From Azolla caroliniana (Eukaryota; Plantae; Polypodiophyta), in the NCBI GenBank assembly GCA_043228905.1, contig JBHGNT010000018.1:14880001-14944000 (forward strand): a DNA stretch of 64,000 nt, in the 5' to 3' direction. Below the pieces are notes generated by a model, which was not told the DNA's origin, did no database searches, and saw only the letters and a list, made by a program, of their open reading frames with translations. Position 1 is the first letter of the stretch. Each line of letters begins with the position of its first letter. This document shows positions 35,935-47,564 of the stretch, one piece after another. The translations under genes and the position numbers were made by a program.

Positions 35935-38900
35935 TGTTGTAGACAAGGCCGTGTCGATGCGGAAGATCTAGAAGCATTCGTTTCTGTTGAGTACCTGCGT
36001 ATGGCAGTTTCCAAGATCGTGCACAGAGAGAGAGAGCGAGAGGCACAAAAGAGTCTTTCTATTTCATAGAAAACAATAATACAACCCAACCTTACAAAAA
36101 GGTTACAAGGTCACTTTATATAGTGACCGACTTAGGGCAACTCCTGTTTATGCTAATTACACAAATGGCCCAAACTTGAGCTATACAAAAGGGATAGTGT
36201 GAATACGTCCATTATACACTTGTATTCGACACTCCCCCGTAATGGGCGTATACATGGGTTATCTAAGATTACAGGTATAAACCTAGGTTCTCGGACATAT
36301 CAGTTTTTGTTCGAGTCGGCAGGGTCCGAAGGCAGAAGACCGAACTGGTCGGGTCGGAAGAGTTGAAGCCGATCATTAAGGAACTGATGTCGGTTGTCCG
36401 AAACCATCCTGTGCTGTGTCCGGCTCTAACCGGACTGGTTTGTCGTTACGCCCATCTGATGCCGAAGGGACCGAAAGCGGTCTGCCGAAAGACACTTGGT
36501 CATTCCATCTGCGACATTGTCGGTTGTGGATATTTTCTCTAGACCAATTTTCCCTGAAATGACGCAGTCCCGAACGAAGTGATATCGAACGTCGATATGT
36601 TTGGGGGCGTTGTGGTGAACCGGATTTTTCGACAAGGCAACAGCACCTTGACTGTCGCTATAGACAACTGGGGCCGAGTCATGGTCGACTTGTCGAAACG
36701 TGTGCGCCAGCCGGCCGAGCCACAAAGCTTCTTTTGCTGCGTCGGACGCAGCTACATATTCTGCTTCGGTCGTTGAGGTCGCTGTGCACTCCTGAAGTTT
36801 CGACTTCCACGAGATTGCTCCATTGCCGAATTTGAAGCAGTATCCGGTTGTTGATTTCCGACTGTCTATACAGCCGGCGAAGTCCGAGTCGGTGTAACCG
36901 ACTACGCCTGAGGTTCGGTTCGGACCGAAAAGAATGTCGTGGTCTTTTGTGCCAGCCAGATATCTGAACACATGCTTGACTGCGTTCCAATGCGATCGGC
37001 CAGGATTGTGCATAAATCTGCTAACGACTCCTACGGCATGAGAAATGTCAGGCCGTGTCGCGACCATCAGGTACATAAGGGAGCCGACTGCCGGTGCATA
37101 CGGTACCGACTTCATATCTTCCCCCTCCGGACCGGATGTCGGGCAGTCTCGCTGAGAGAGCCGAAGATTCATGGGGAGCGGGGTTGAAGCAGATTTGGCT
37201 GATTGCATGTTGAAGCGTTCCAAGACACGTCCGATATAGTCGGTCTGAGACAAAAAAAGATGTCGTTTATCGCGATGCCGACTAATCTTCATGCCAAGGA
37301 TGTGTCGTGCCGGACCGAGGTCCTTCATGGCAAACTTCAACCGCAGTTGCCGAATGAGATTGGCAAGTTCGCCCGCGTGGCGTCCAGAAATTAGCATGTC
37401 GTCCACGTAAATGATGAGGAAGATGGGTGATCCATCTTGAGCTGTGTTGGTGAAAAGACAATGGTCCTCATCGCTTTTTGAGAAGCCGATCGATTGGATG
37501 AAGTCGTCGAACTTCTTGTACCATTGTCGCGGTGCCTGTTTGAGGCCGTATAGACTCTTCCTGAGTCGGCAGACTAGATGTTCTTGGCCAGTTGCCACGA
37601 AGCCTTTTGGCTGCTCCATATAAATTTCCTCTTCAAGATCACCATGGACGAAGGCTGTTTTGACATCTAGCTGAATCAGCTCCAAGTTGTCGGCTGCCAC
37701 TACGCCGAGTAGAAAACAAAGGGTTGTCATTTTCACCACTGGTGAAAAAATCTCGTCGAAGTCGACGCCATATTCTTGTCGGAAGCCCTTCGCAACTAAT
37801 CTGGCCTTGTACTTTGGGGTGGTCGAATCAGACGTCTCTTTTAGTCGATAAACCCACTTGCAAGGAAGAGCACGTCGATTCTTAGGTAGTTCGACCAGAT
37901 CCCAAGTCTTGTTTGCCCGAATGGAGTGCATTTCCGACTCCATCGCCAGATGCCAGGTGGCTGAATCGACAGATGTCGATGCTTCTTCGTAAGACGTCGG
38001 TTCGCCGGCGTCGGTGAAGAAAATTCCAGGAGAATACCTCTCCGGAGGTTGCGACAGTCTCTCGGATCGTCGAGGTATGATTGGACTGGTCGCATCGGGT
38101 ATCGAGGTCGGATGGTCCGAAAGCGAATCATTCGGTTGTGCCGAGTCGGAGCTGTCCGAGTCGGGAGTGTAAGGTTCAGCTACCCGTGAAGCTGACCGTG
38201 TGTTAAGAGCGGGGCCTTCTTGAAGGGTCGGCACATCGGAAAATGTTACCCTTCGGACTTCGGTCGGTGTTTCGACTGATGGAGTCATAGCCGACTCGTT
38301 GAAAACAACGTCCGAACTTCGAACGATTTGTCTGCGTTCGGGGTCCCAGAGTCGGTATCCCATTTCGCCGTCTGATCCATATCCAAGAAAAATGCATTTC
38401 CTGGACCGAGGTGCAAGTTTTCGGCGATCATCTTTCGGAATAAGGGCGTACGCCTCGCATCCGAAGATCCTCAGCTTGTCGTAATTCGGTTTACTGCCGA
38501 TCCATAGTTCCTGAGGAATTTGAAGTCCTAGAGGTCTACTTGGCGACATATTGATGATGTGTACTGCCGTGAGTAGAGCCTCTGCCCAGAAGCCATCCGA
38601 CAGTCCGGAGTGTTGGAGCATGGAAACTATCCGTTCTTGGATTGTCCGATTCATTCGTTCTGCAATCCCGTTTTGCTCCGGACTGTGTGGTGCCGTAAAT
38701 TCACGTCGGATGCCGCGTTGTCGGCAGAATTTGACGAATTCTTCGGATTTGAACTCTCCCCCATTGTCGGTCCGAAAGCATTTCAGTTTTCGGTCAGTTT
38801 GATTTTCCACCATAGCGAGCCAATCGGAGAAGATCGAGAAGACACGATCTTTGGTGCGAATAGGATAAGCCCACACCTTACGAGTCGAATCGTCAATAAA

Positions 38901-41449
38901 ACTGACGAAGTAAGAGGCACCGCCGAGAGACTGATGCGGCATTGGGCCACAGATGTCCGAGTGGACCAAATCGAGAGGTCTCGTTTCTCTTGGTGCTGAT
39001 GTCGGGTGTGATGCGGCTGCTTGTTTGCCATACTGGCAATGCTCGCAGAATTGATGGTCGGAGAAGGAGAGTTTAGGGATGTATCCGGCTCTAGATAGAT
39101 GCGTAATGCCGGCCTTGCTGAGGTGTCCTAATCTTCTGTGCCATAGTGATGACACAGGAATATCCACCAAAAACAGGTTACCCTCTCTGAGCGTAACATG
39201 TAACGGATACAGGGAGTGTATCTTGGGTCCTCTAGCAAGCAGGAGGTTCCCCCTGTGGAGTGTCCACCCTCCCGAAGAAAAACCGGCACGAATGCCGTCT
39301 TCATCTAGTTGTCCGACTGAGATCAATGGCCTTGAGAGCTCGGGTACATGTCGGACATTGTGGAGTACAAGTGTAGAGCCACCTGCAAGGTTGAGCTCTA
39401 CTGTGCCGATTCCGATGATGTCACAGTGTTGTGAGTTGCCGACTCGAACTGAGTCGGAGTGACGGATCGTATATTGCCGAAATTGGGATCGATGAGGAGT
39501 CACGTGAAATGACGCGCCCGAATCTAAGAGCCATGTGCTCGATTCTTCAGTCGTGAGCAGAACTTCTGATCCGACTGGATTTTCGATTGATAGTATATTC
39601 GGGTCGTTTGGTAGCACATCAGCTGAGAAGCTGACGTAATTGATCTCCTCATGCCGGCCACTCTTCTTGTCTGATCTCTGAGACTTGTCGTTCTTGTTCT
39701 TGAGTGCGCGGCAGTCGGCTTTGATGTGTCCGGGTTTCTTGCAATAGTTGCAGATTCGATTATCCCGTGACTGGCTCCGTCTTCGCTGATTGTTCGGCGG
39801 TCGTGAGGAATCTCTTCCTCGTATGTTCGATCGGTCTGTCGAACCTTGTACTACATAAGCGTCGTCTGTTGAGTCTTTGGCGAAAGACTTTCTCCGAGCT
39901 GCTTCGGTCAGGATTGCGCTCGTGACTTCGGAGTATTTAACAGCCGTGGTTGACGCGTTGCACACGGTTGTGACGAAAGTTTCCCATGATGAGGGAAGGC
40001 TGCTCATGAGTATCATTGCTCTGAGTTCATCCTCGATTGCCGTCCCCTGAGATGAGATTTGGGAGCTTATACTTTCGTACTCATTGAGATGTGCTTGGAC
40101 CGAATCGGATTCTTTCATCCGCAAGTTGTAGAGGCGCCGGATCAGAAACATCTTCGTTGCGGCGACCTTCTTTTCGTAAGTGTCCGACAATGTTTTCCAC
40201 AGTTCGAATGCTGTCGTACACGATTGCACCGTAAAATATACCGATTCCGATAGGTGCATCCGAATCGTGGCGCGGACGATTCTGTCCAGCTTCTGCCACT
40301 CAATTGGTTTGTATCCTTCTGGAGGTTCTTCATTTTCGATGGGATCGATTTGCCCCTTGACTATGAGATAGTCCTGCATTTGCTCCTTCCAGAAGTTGAA
40401 GTTCGATCCATCGAACTTTCGTAGACTCATTTCTGACGAGCCGGATGTTGATGCCATCAGATTTGGTTTCGGTTAACGAAGCTCGGTTCGGAGTTGACTA
40501 TGAACCTTGTTGGAGTGCAGCTGGTTGGCTCACCCGATATCGTTCTAGTCGGATTTAAACCCGAGTCGGTTCGGCTTCGGATATATGTGTTGTTGAACTT
40601 GCTCGAATTGACTCCGGTAACTTGAGGGACAGAACCGACTGGTCTTCCCGAATGTTGCCGAGTCGGAGTGAGCCCGGTTTGCTTCGGATATATATATGCC
40701 GAATACCGATTATTGAAACCGATTGTCTGGACCGATTCTGCTTCGGGTGACTGCAGCGACGAGAAGGACGGATCCAACTGATCCTCCAGAATGTCGATCA
40801 GCCGGATGAAGCACGAATTGGGGTTGTTGTCTTGAGACCGATCTGCACCGAGTGGTTACAATGAGCGGCGAGCAGCGTTTGTTGACCTCTTCGGATGCCG
40901 TTTAACCGAGTGGAGCACGATCGTGTCAATGTTGCACAAGGGGATTTCACCTCGAGCGGTTACGATCACAAGGAACAGAGTACAACCGGCTGGCTTACTC
41001 CAAGCGAAGATGATCTAACGCGATGAGATGCAAGCCTCGTTTTTCTTCTTCTCTCTTCTTCGAATGACGCAAGAAACCGAATGCTGTGCAGGCTGAGACG
41101 ACGGCCGACAGCGAGTTGAAGGACCGAATACTGTGCAGGCTCTGATACCAGATGTTGTAGACAAGGCCGTGTCGATGCGGAAGATCTAGAAGCATTCGTT
41201 TCTGTTGAGTACCTGCGTATGGCAGTTTCCAAGATCGTGCACAGAGAGAGAGAGCGAGAGGCACAAAAGAGTCTTTCTATTTCATAGAAAACAATAATAC
41301 AACCCAACCTTACAAAAAGGTTACAAGGTCACTTTATATAGTGACCGACTTAGGGCAACTCCTGTTTATGCTAATTACACAAATGGCCCAAACTTGAGCT
41401 ATACAAAAGGGATAGTGTGAATACGTCCATTATACACTTGTATTCGACA
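35935..41449 (-). mobile_element. Intact full-length Ty1/copia retrotransposon (Tnt1/Tork-like), very recent
   Basis: 297-bp LTRs at 35935-36231 and 41153-41449, identical by eye, with TG..CA ends. TSD ctggt (35930-35934, 41450-41454). PBS tggtatcagagc (41150-41139). PPT attacgggggag next to 36232. Confidence 0.97.
36426..40457 (-). CDS. Copia gag-pol polyprotein (1343 aa): gag, CCHC knuckle, protease, integrase, RT, RNase H
   Basis: Uninterrupted ORF with CNYCKKPGHIKADC, LDSGAS, HRRLGH..CEHC, HSD/TDNGGE/AERMN, YVDDM, YTDSDFAG, TEAEY, KHIDVRYHF. Confidence 0.97.
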   Translation of the reverse strand: MASTSGSSEMSLRKFDGSNFNFWKEQMQDYLIVKGQIDPIENEEPPEGYKPIEWQKLDRIVRATIRMHLSESVYFTVQSCTTAFELWKTLSDTYEKKVAATKMFLIRRLYNLRMKESDSVQAHLNEYESISSQISSQGTAIEDELRAMILMSSLPSSWETFVTTVCNASTTAVKYSEVTSAILTEAARRKSFAKDSTDDAYVVQGSTDRSNIRGRDSSRPPNNQRRRSQSRDNRICNYCKKPGHIKADCRALKNKNDKSQRSDKKSGRHEEINYVSFSADVLPNDPNILSIENPVGSEVLLTTEESSTWLLDSGASFHVTPHRSQFRQYTIRHSDSVRVGNSQHCDIIGIGTVELNLAGGSTLVLHNVRHVPELSRPLISVGQLDEDGIRAGFSSGGWTLHRGNLLLARGPKIHSLYPLHVTLREGNLFLVDIPVSSLWHRRLGHLSKAGITHLSRAGYIPKLSFSDHQFCEHCQYGKQAAASHPTSAPRETRPLDLVHSDICGPMPHQSLGGASYFVSFIDDSTRKVWAYPIRTKDRVFSIFSDWLAMVENQTDRKLKCFRTDNGGEFKSEEFVKFCRQRGIRREFTAPHSPEQNGIAERMNRTIQERIVSMLQHSGLSDGFWAEALLTAVHIINMSPSRPLGLQIPQELWIGSKPNYDKLRIFGCEAYALIPKDDRRKLAPRSRKCIFLGYGSDGEMGYRLWDPERRQIVRSSDVVFNESAMTPSVETPTEVRRVTFSDVPTLQEGPALNTRSASRVAEPYTPDSDSSDSAQPNDSLSDHPTSIPDATSPIIPRRSERLSQPPERYSPGIFFTDAGEPTSYEEASTSVDSATWHLAMESEMHSIRANKTWDLVELPKNRRALPCKWVYRLKETSDSTTPKYKARLVAKGFRQEYGVDFDEIFSPVVKMTTLCFLLGVVAADNLELIQLDVKTAFVHGDLEEEIYMEQPKGFVATGQEHLVCRLRKSLYGLKQAPRQWYKKFDDFIQSIGFSKSDEDHCLFTNTAQDGSPIFLIIYVDDMLISGRHAGELANLIRQLRLKFAMKDLGPARHILGMKISRHRDKRHLFLSQTDYIGRVLERFNMQSAKSASTPLPMNLRLSQRDCPTSGPEGEDMKSVPYAPAVGSLMYLMVATRPDISHAVGVVSRFMHNPGRSHWNAVKHVFRYLAGTKDHDILFGPNRTSGVVGYTDSDFAGCIDSRKSTTGYCFKFGNGAISWKSKLQECTATSTTEAEYVAASDAAKEALWLGRLAHTFRQVDHDSAPVVYSDSQGAVALSKNPVHHNAPKHIDVRYHFVRDCVISGKIGLEKISTTDNVADGMTKCLSADRFRSLRHQMGVTTNQSG

Positions 41450-41600
41450 CTGGTCTCCATTGGGCAACCTTACCAACTGAGCTACATACATCTCTCTCTC
41501 TCTCTCTCTCTCTCTCTTTCAATAATCTTCATGTGAAGATTTTGTTTATGTTTCCGCACTAATGTTCTTAGTTCCCAACAATCAGGACCTCAAGTTGAGC

Positions 41601-42010
41601 TTGAGGGGGAGTGTTGAGAGATAAGCTCAACATGGGCTAGATCGGCTGAAAAATCCGAGAGCCAGATCGAGCGTGTGCCGATCCGATCGGCTAGGTCCAA
41701 ATCAGTTAGTCGGGTCGAATGGAGTCTGATAGGCTGTTAGGGAGCCTATATGCCTATTTTAGTAAATAGGCCTATTATAGGCAAATTAGTGTCAGGCTTA
41801 GTTAATGAGCATCAAAGTACTAATAGTACTTCATGTCAAACCTGTCAGAAGGCTTGTATAATAAGTGCTCTATGAGCACATTGTACTGAGTACTGATTAT
41901 TTTTTGATATAGAAGTTTTGTGTCCTCTCTCTCTCTCTCTCTCTCTCCTACTTTGTGTTTGTTCTCTGTTGTCCGACTGAGCCAACTGTGTTCGCACATA
42001 ACACTTCCGC
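41601..42010 (+). mobile_element. PPT plus LTR fragment related to the copia family B LTR
   Basis: ttgagggggag|tgttgagagataagctcaac at 41612 resembles the reverse complement of 30088-30502 (tgttgagtggacaagctcaac...). Confidence 0.65.
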
Positions 42011-45000
42011 ACAGGTAGCCTTTTATAGTACGGAAGCGTACTCTCTGGATAAATTATAGACACTTGGGCAGTGGTAAGCAAGGATAGATTAGTCAATGGA
42101 GATAGGACCCTCAATGAAGACGCATGCCAATACCAATGGAAGATTGAAGAGGATGAAGGTGACATGAAGGAAACAAAAGACAAAACAAAGGAAGAAGAGG
42201 TTGAAGGAAGCATCATACTACATAAAGTGGGCCAAAGGATGTTTCCCAGGATGTGATCATGACATCAAGTTCAAAGGAGGACACTAGCATGAAGAATGAA
42301 GAGAGGGTGGCAAGTCTAGTGTAAATGTATCATGCAAAAGGGCAAAGGTGGAGAGTCTATCTAAGGGCCTTAAATTATGCATGTTCTTGACTAGGGGCTA
42401 CAAAGAGTGGTTAGCTTGGTGAAAGGGCTACAAAGAGTAGTCATGGTCAATGTTCAAATGGGCCCTAGCAAAGACGAAAAGGAGAGCAGATCAACTGAAC
42501 AAGGAAGGTTGAAGTGCCATGAACAAGGGGACGATAGGGATGAAGGTGGAACATACTTGTCGCACAAGGGTTATACACGGGGAAAGCAGACAAAGAATTT
42601 AATCCCAAAAATAGACACCTCTTTTCTCTATAAAAATATGAGAAAAAGGCTTATTTTTAGCTTTTTCATAATTATGAGTTTTGGAGTGAACCATTAGGGT
42701 AAAGTTTCTTATTCTTCTTCTCAACATACTTTGAGATTTGAGTTTATTTTCCTCATCTTCATGACAGTGTAGGTTTCTTTTCCCTTCTTATTTTTCCTAC
42801 TCGAGTGTTTAGGGTTCTATTTAAGAGCATTTTGGGTTTTGTCTTAGTTGGAGAGGCAGTGTGGAAGAGTAAATCGAGTGGAGTTAACTCGTGGGGTAAG
42901 GAAGGAGGCTAAATGTGAGGGGAGGACACTATATCAACACATGTATTGTAGTATGAAAGGTAAAGTTGTCTTTTGGCAAAAAAACATGTAAAGATGGGGC
43001 ACGTGCTCCTTATTAAACTTCAGAAAACTTTTTTTAATGTCTACGAATTTGAGAGTTTAAATAGGTTCATAAATCAAAACACTTACATTCAAAGATTAAT
43101 TCTTTAATACTCTCAATATCCTCAACATGTGCAAACAACTAACTATACAATCATATTTTATTTTCTAGCATACTTACACAATAATAGCCTTTTATTTAAA
43201 TATGCCCACGATCTATTGAAGTCTTTAAGTGAGTTGTTTTAAGAAAATGTATATGTGTTTTCTTCTATTACGTCTATGTGGTCCTCCTTTTGTGTGAAAT
43301 GTAATTCCGAGGTCATTTTTTAATTTAGTATTATAATAAATAGCTTAGAAGGCCAAGGGCTTTAATGAATCAGGAGGTGTAATTTCCAGGTTTTCAAGAT
43401 TTTCAGCAAGATATAACATATTAACACATAATTTGCAAATAACTTTCACACAAAAACAAATGTATTTATGTATGTATGCATGCATGCATGCATGTAGAGA
43501 CATGCACATGAATATGTAAATGATGAGTAATATGTGTGCGCACTTAATTAAAAATATATCTACAACCAAATCACTTGGTTGTTCATAATTTCCAATGAAT
43601 GTTAAGGCATAAACAATGAGGTTTATAACCTTGAGGTCATGGATTCCAACAAAATAAAGCATTATAGGTTGCAATATATTTCAAATAATGTATGTAAAAG
43701 CCCTTCATAGTCTTATCTTATCTAAGTGTATATAAATTTGGATTATATTGAGAAGATATTATTATTTAGGGATTCCACACATTACGTGTTGATTATAACA
43801 TAATTTAAAGATTATCAAAACATTAGAGGCCTTAGCATAAAAGCCTCCCAGATTTTAGATTTTGAAATTTTGATAGTTATGTACTTGTTCAATTATCTCT
43901 TCTTTATATGAGTTGCTTAAGATGGGACTTACATTTTGCTTTCTCTATGAAAGGAAATCTATACTTAAATGGGCTTTATATATATAATTATGTATCCAAT
44001 TGCACCTTCTTAATATATGCTTTGTATCTTGTCTCTTATTGTGTGCCTTTTCTTCCAAAGGAGAAATGTACAATTTAAGTTGAGAGCGAGTTCTCCTAAA
44101 TCTTTGTCATGAAGAATGATGAGGGTGAGATTGATGCCATTAGCAACAAAAAAATTTATACTTTTACGAATACAACGCAGTGCACGTATGCATCAATTCT
44201 TGGCTTTATTAACAAAATTCTTCCTTTATCTCATTGCCAACAACTACTTTTATCAATGTAGCTAGTGTAAGTACTCTACAAAAATAAAGTTGATCTATTT
44301 ACACACGTAACCAATCGCTAGGTTAACTTTGAGACACAAAAATATGCTTAGGAAGACAATTGCCTTTGAATATTCCATGCGTGGCACATAACATACATAA
44401 ACAAATTCCTACATATTTTGACTATAGAATTCGATAGAATAACTAATAGTGCACTTCTAGAAAAGCTTATTTCCACTCATTTCGTACATAGATTCGTAGT
44501 GGATTCCTTTTGTGCCTAAAAAGTACTCCATAATTTGCTTCTTTATCATAGGGACACCTTTATGATCTAGTGAGTTATTTGGCATAACTTTTATAACAAT
44601 TCAAAGCGAGAAAGAGTGGGTGAACGTGTGTTAAGTTTGAGAGAGTGGTTCACATGATTACCGAACGTTTTTGCATTATTGGGTTGATGCACAAAGTCTG
44701 CTACTTCTCATAACGATTTCTAGTAATTTGGAAAATGAGTTTGCTAGACATTAATGTATTTGTTGAAATGTCACTCTTTTTATTGGATTCATGTCAAGGG
44801 ACACCAAATACTATACTGTCACGTGATGTCTACATGAATAAAGAGTTGTTCATATGACAAGTTTGCTTTGTTGAGAAACATAAGTCTTCCTCATCCACTA
44901 GTTGACCATTTTTCTCTCATCTTCAATATTTGTATCACATCTTCTTTTCTAATGGTACTTCTTCAATTGGCCAATGCTTGACTTTTGCTAACGTCAAGAA

Positions 45001-47084
45001 ACATGGATATTAAACATACACTTGTGTTTTAACTTTCAATTTTGAACCTTAGAAATGGAACATGGAGCCCATCTCACTTAGATCTATTGGTGGGGTTCAA
45101 ATTCAATCAAAACCAATGCATTGATAACTTGTCGTAAATGAGAAACTATGCTTCAATGGAAATAAATCAAAATAAAAAAGAGCTATCTAGATGCATATTT
45201 GTATATTTGGACAACCAAATTTACAACACAATTAACCAATTCCTCTGAGTCTACCTTTGCATACTTCTCCCGTAAACTAACTCTTGACATGTCAAACTTT
45301 TTCAATGTTTGTCTAGTTATTGTATTGGTAATTGTGTTTGCCTACATCACCTTATTGATTTGATACTCAATTGGCTTATATATGTGCTCATGGACACCAT
45401 CCTTTACTCGTATTACAATGAGCTTATGAGTGATCTCTTCAAATGAAATGCTTGAAAACAACTTTGGTCATTTATTTCCATCAATGGGTAACTCCACATG
45501 TCATTAAAAGAGCCTAGATTTCAGCAATTCGACAAGAGAAGGGCTTATTCTTGACAAAATGTTAAATGATTCAATAACTAATGATTTGATGGCCAACAAC
45601 CAATTTAGTTGTGTTCGCATGTACAACCTTCAAACCCAATGTGTGGGAAGAGCCAAACATATGTTGGATAATTGTTTCTACTCTGAGGTGTCCTATGACT
45701 CATACACCTTTTTGAAAAGAAGCAATTATCCATAACTTGGTTTCATTCCCCCTACTGTGAATTGGAACTTGCATATTCCCAAGAGAAAACCTATAGATTG
45801 CCAATGGCGAACACTTCCTATATGTGAAGAATTGTTTTTCCAAAAAGTAAATGAAATACTTGGAACTCTAAGTGAGTTTTCTCATGAAACACCATAAACA
45901 AATCCTTAAAATATTATTATAGGTGTTGGTGGTCAATCACTTGGGTATACATATGTATATATATGTACATACGGACATAATTTAAACAAGTAGACACATA
46001 TATATTGTAGTGTAAAAGGGTACCATTTTATTTATGACAACTTTTCATATAAAGGGTCTATTAAATAGGTATTGAATCCACATGATTTAGGGAGTTTACA
46101 TACATGGATTCCCCCAAGGTTGATTAATGACATTAATTGTCACTAATGTCTCTCGAAGCTAACTTTTATTAAACCATCTTTTTTTTACCATCAGCATGAG
46201 CTGATATTCTCAAAACTTTGAAGAGTACTTTTCCATATTACCCGCGTGATACGAGGGATAGTGTGATGGTTGATTAATTGGAGTTAATGCTAGAATTTCC
46301 TGTCAAAATTTAACTCTTTGTCGAACTTTACATATACAACATGACAATGCAACCTTTTTGTTGGTTTCTTCTTTTTTTTACCAAAGGAATGAAGTGATGT
46401 TATTGAGACCCTCCCAAAATTGAATGATCAGTAGTTATTGTAAGAGGGATGGACTTGAAGCTTTCCCTTAAACATTCGAGTCTGTTAAGAGTGGCACGAG
46501 CATTATGGGTGCCGCCAAGGGGACAAGGATATTAAAACGCTTGGACACCCGGCCACCATTGCATTCGAGAATCACAGTTAATACTCTGTGGGTAGCGTAC
46601 GTACATGACACTTGAAACTTTTGCTAAGTTCTCTCCATTCCGTGTGTGGGGGTCCAAGTGGAAGGGCGAGGGAGCCTAGAAGCAATAACAAAGTGTGTAC
46701 TTTCATGGGTCCTTCCTTGAAAGAGTCACACACACACACACACACTCTTTTCCTTGGGATCATACATTATTATCCTTTCACACTTCCTTACAAATTTGCC
46801 TCACCTTTTGTGTGTGTGTGTTCTTTTCTTATATGTATACATATGTAGTCATATCCATGTCTTGCTCAAATACACTCTTTTTCACACTTACCCACATCAA
46901 TTTACATGGTCATCTCAGAGAAACAGGGGGATTTCTAACTTGGGTTTTTGTTTCATAACTCATGCGAGCCTTGGATTTTTAATGTTTCCTTTTGGCTCAG
47001 AAATTCTAGCCTAGTCTCTTCTTTCGCTTAACAACAACAACATTGTTCCTCGTGGCAATATGATTCATCACTAGGAGTTTTGAG

Positions 47085-47167
47085 ATGCAATTAGGAAGCT
47101 TGGTGATTGCTCCACTGTTGAAGAAGAAGAGGAAGAGAAGGAAGAGGAGGAAGAAGAAGTTCTCTTC

Positions 47168-47199
<32 letters not shown>

Positions 47200-47564
47200 C
47201 TTCTTGTAATTATATAACTTACAAATATAACTCATTCTTGAGGGTTCTCATTGCTCTAAGTGTGGCCTTGTTGCTGATGAGTACCCCGGCCGGGATACTA
47301 AGGAATATTTTTGTTAATGGAGAATTGATCGAAGCGCAAAATGGAGTGACGGTATCGGCCTCCCATGGCACCACCAAATCACAACATTATAACAACCACC
47401 ACCACCATCATCATCATCCTCGGCATCGCCATCTTCAGCATACCTCGGCACATCATCGGACCACAACAATGCCGCCAATATCTAACTATACCGACACCAT
47501 CTTAAAACATGCGGAGGTCGACAAGCGGTTCGTCCCCACGGGTCCCAACCCTCTTCATAATTAA
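47085..47564 (+). CDS. CLE: CLAVATA3/ESR-related (CLE) signalling peptide precursor, R-type; mature motif RFVPTGPNPLHN (47526-47561)
   Basis: C-terminal KRFVPTGPNPLHN* fits the R-type CLE dodecapeptide consensus. Hydrophobic segment FLRVLIALSVALLLMSTPAGIL, His-rich variable region, single exon. The start codon is less certain than the motif. Confidence 0.92.

Noticed and set aside
36579-40371. Multiple short ORFs antisense to or overlapping the copia polyprotein
   Set aside because: Shadow ORFs of a GC-balanced coding strand, with no recognisable motifs.
43000-46900. Possible genes or TE remnants in AT-rich DNA upstream of CLE
   Set aside because: Only short low-complexity ORFs; no motif I can support. 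Probably regulatory or very old repeat sequence.
47274-47305. ctgatgag followed by a stem, hammerhead-like
   Set aside because: No GAAA after the stem and no stems I/III; it lies in the CLE coding sequence.
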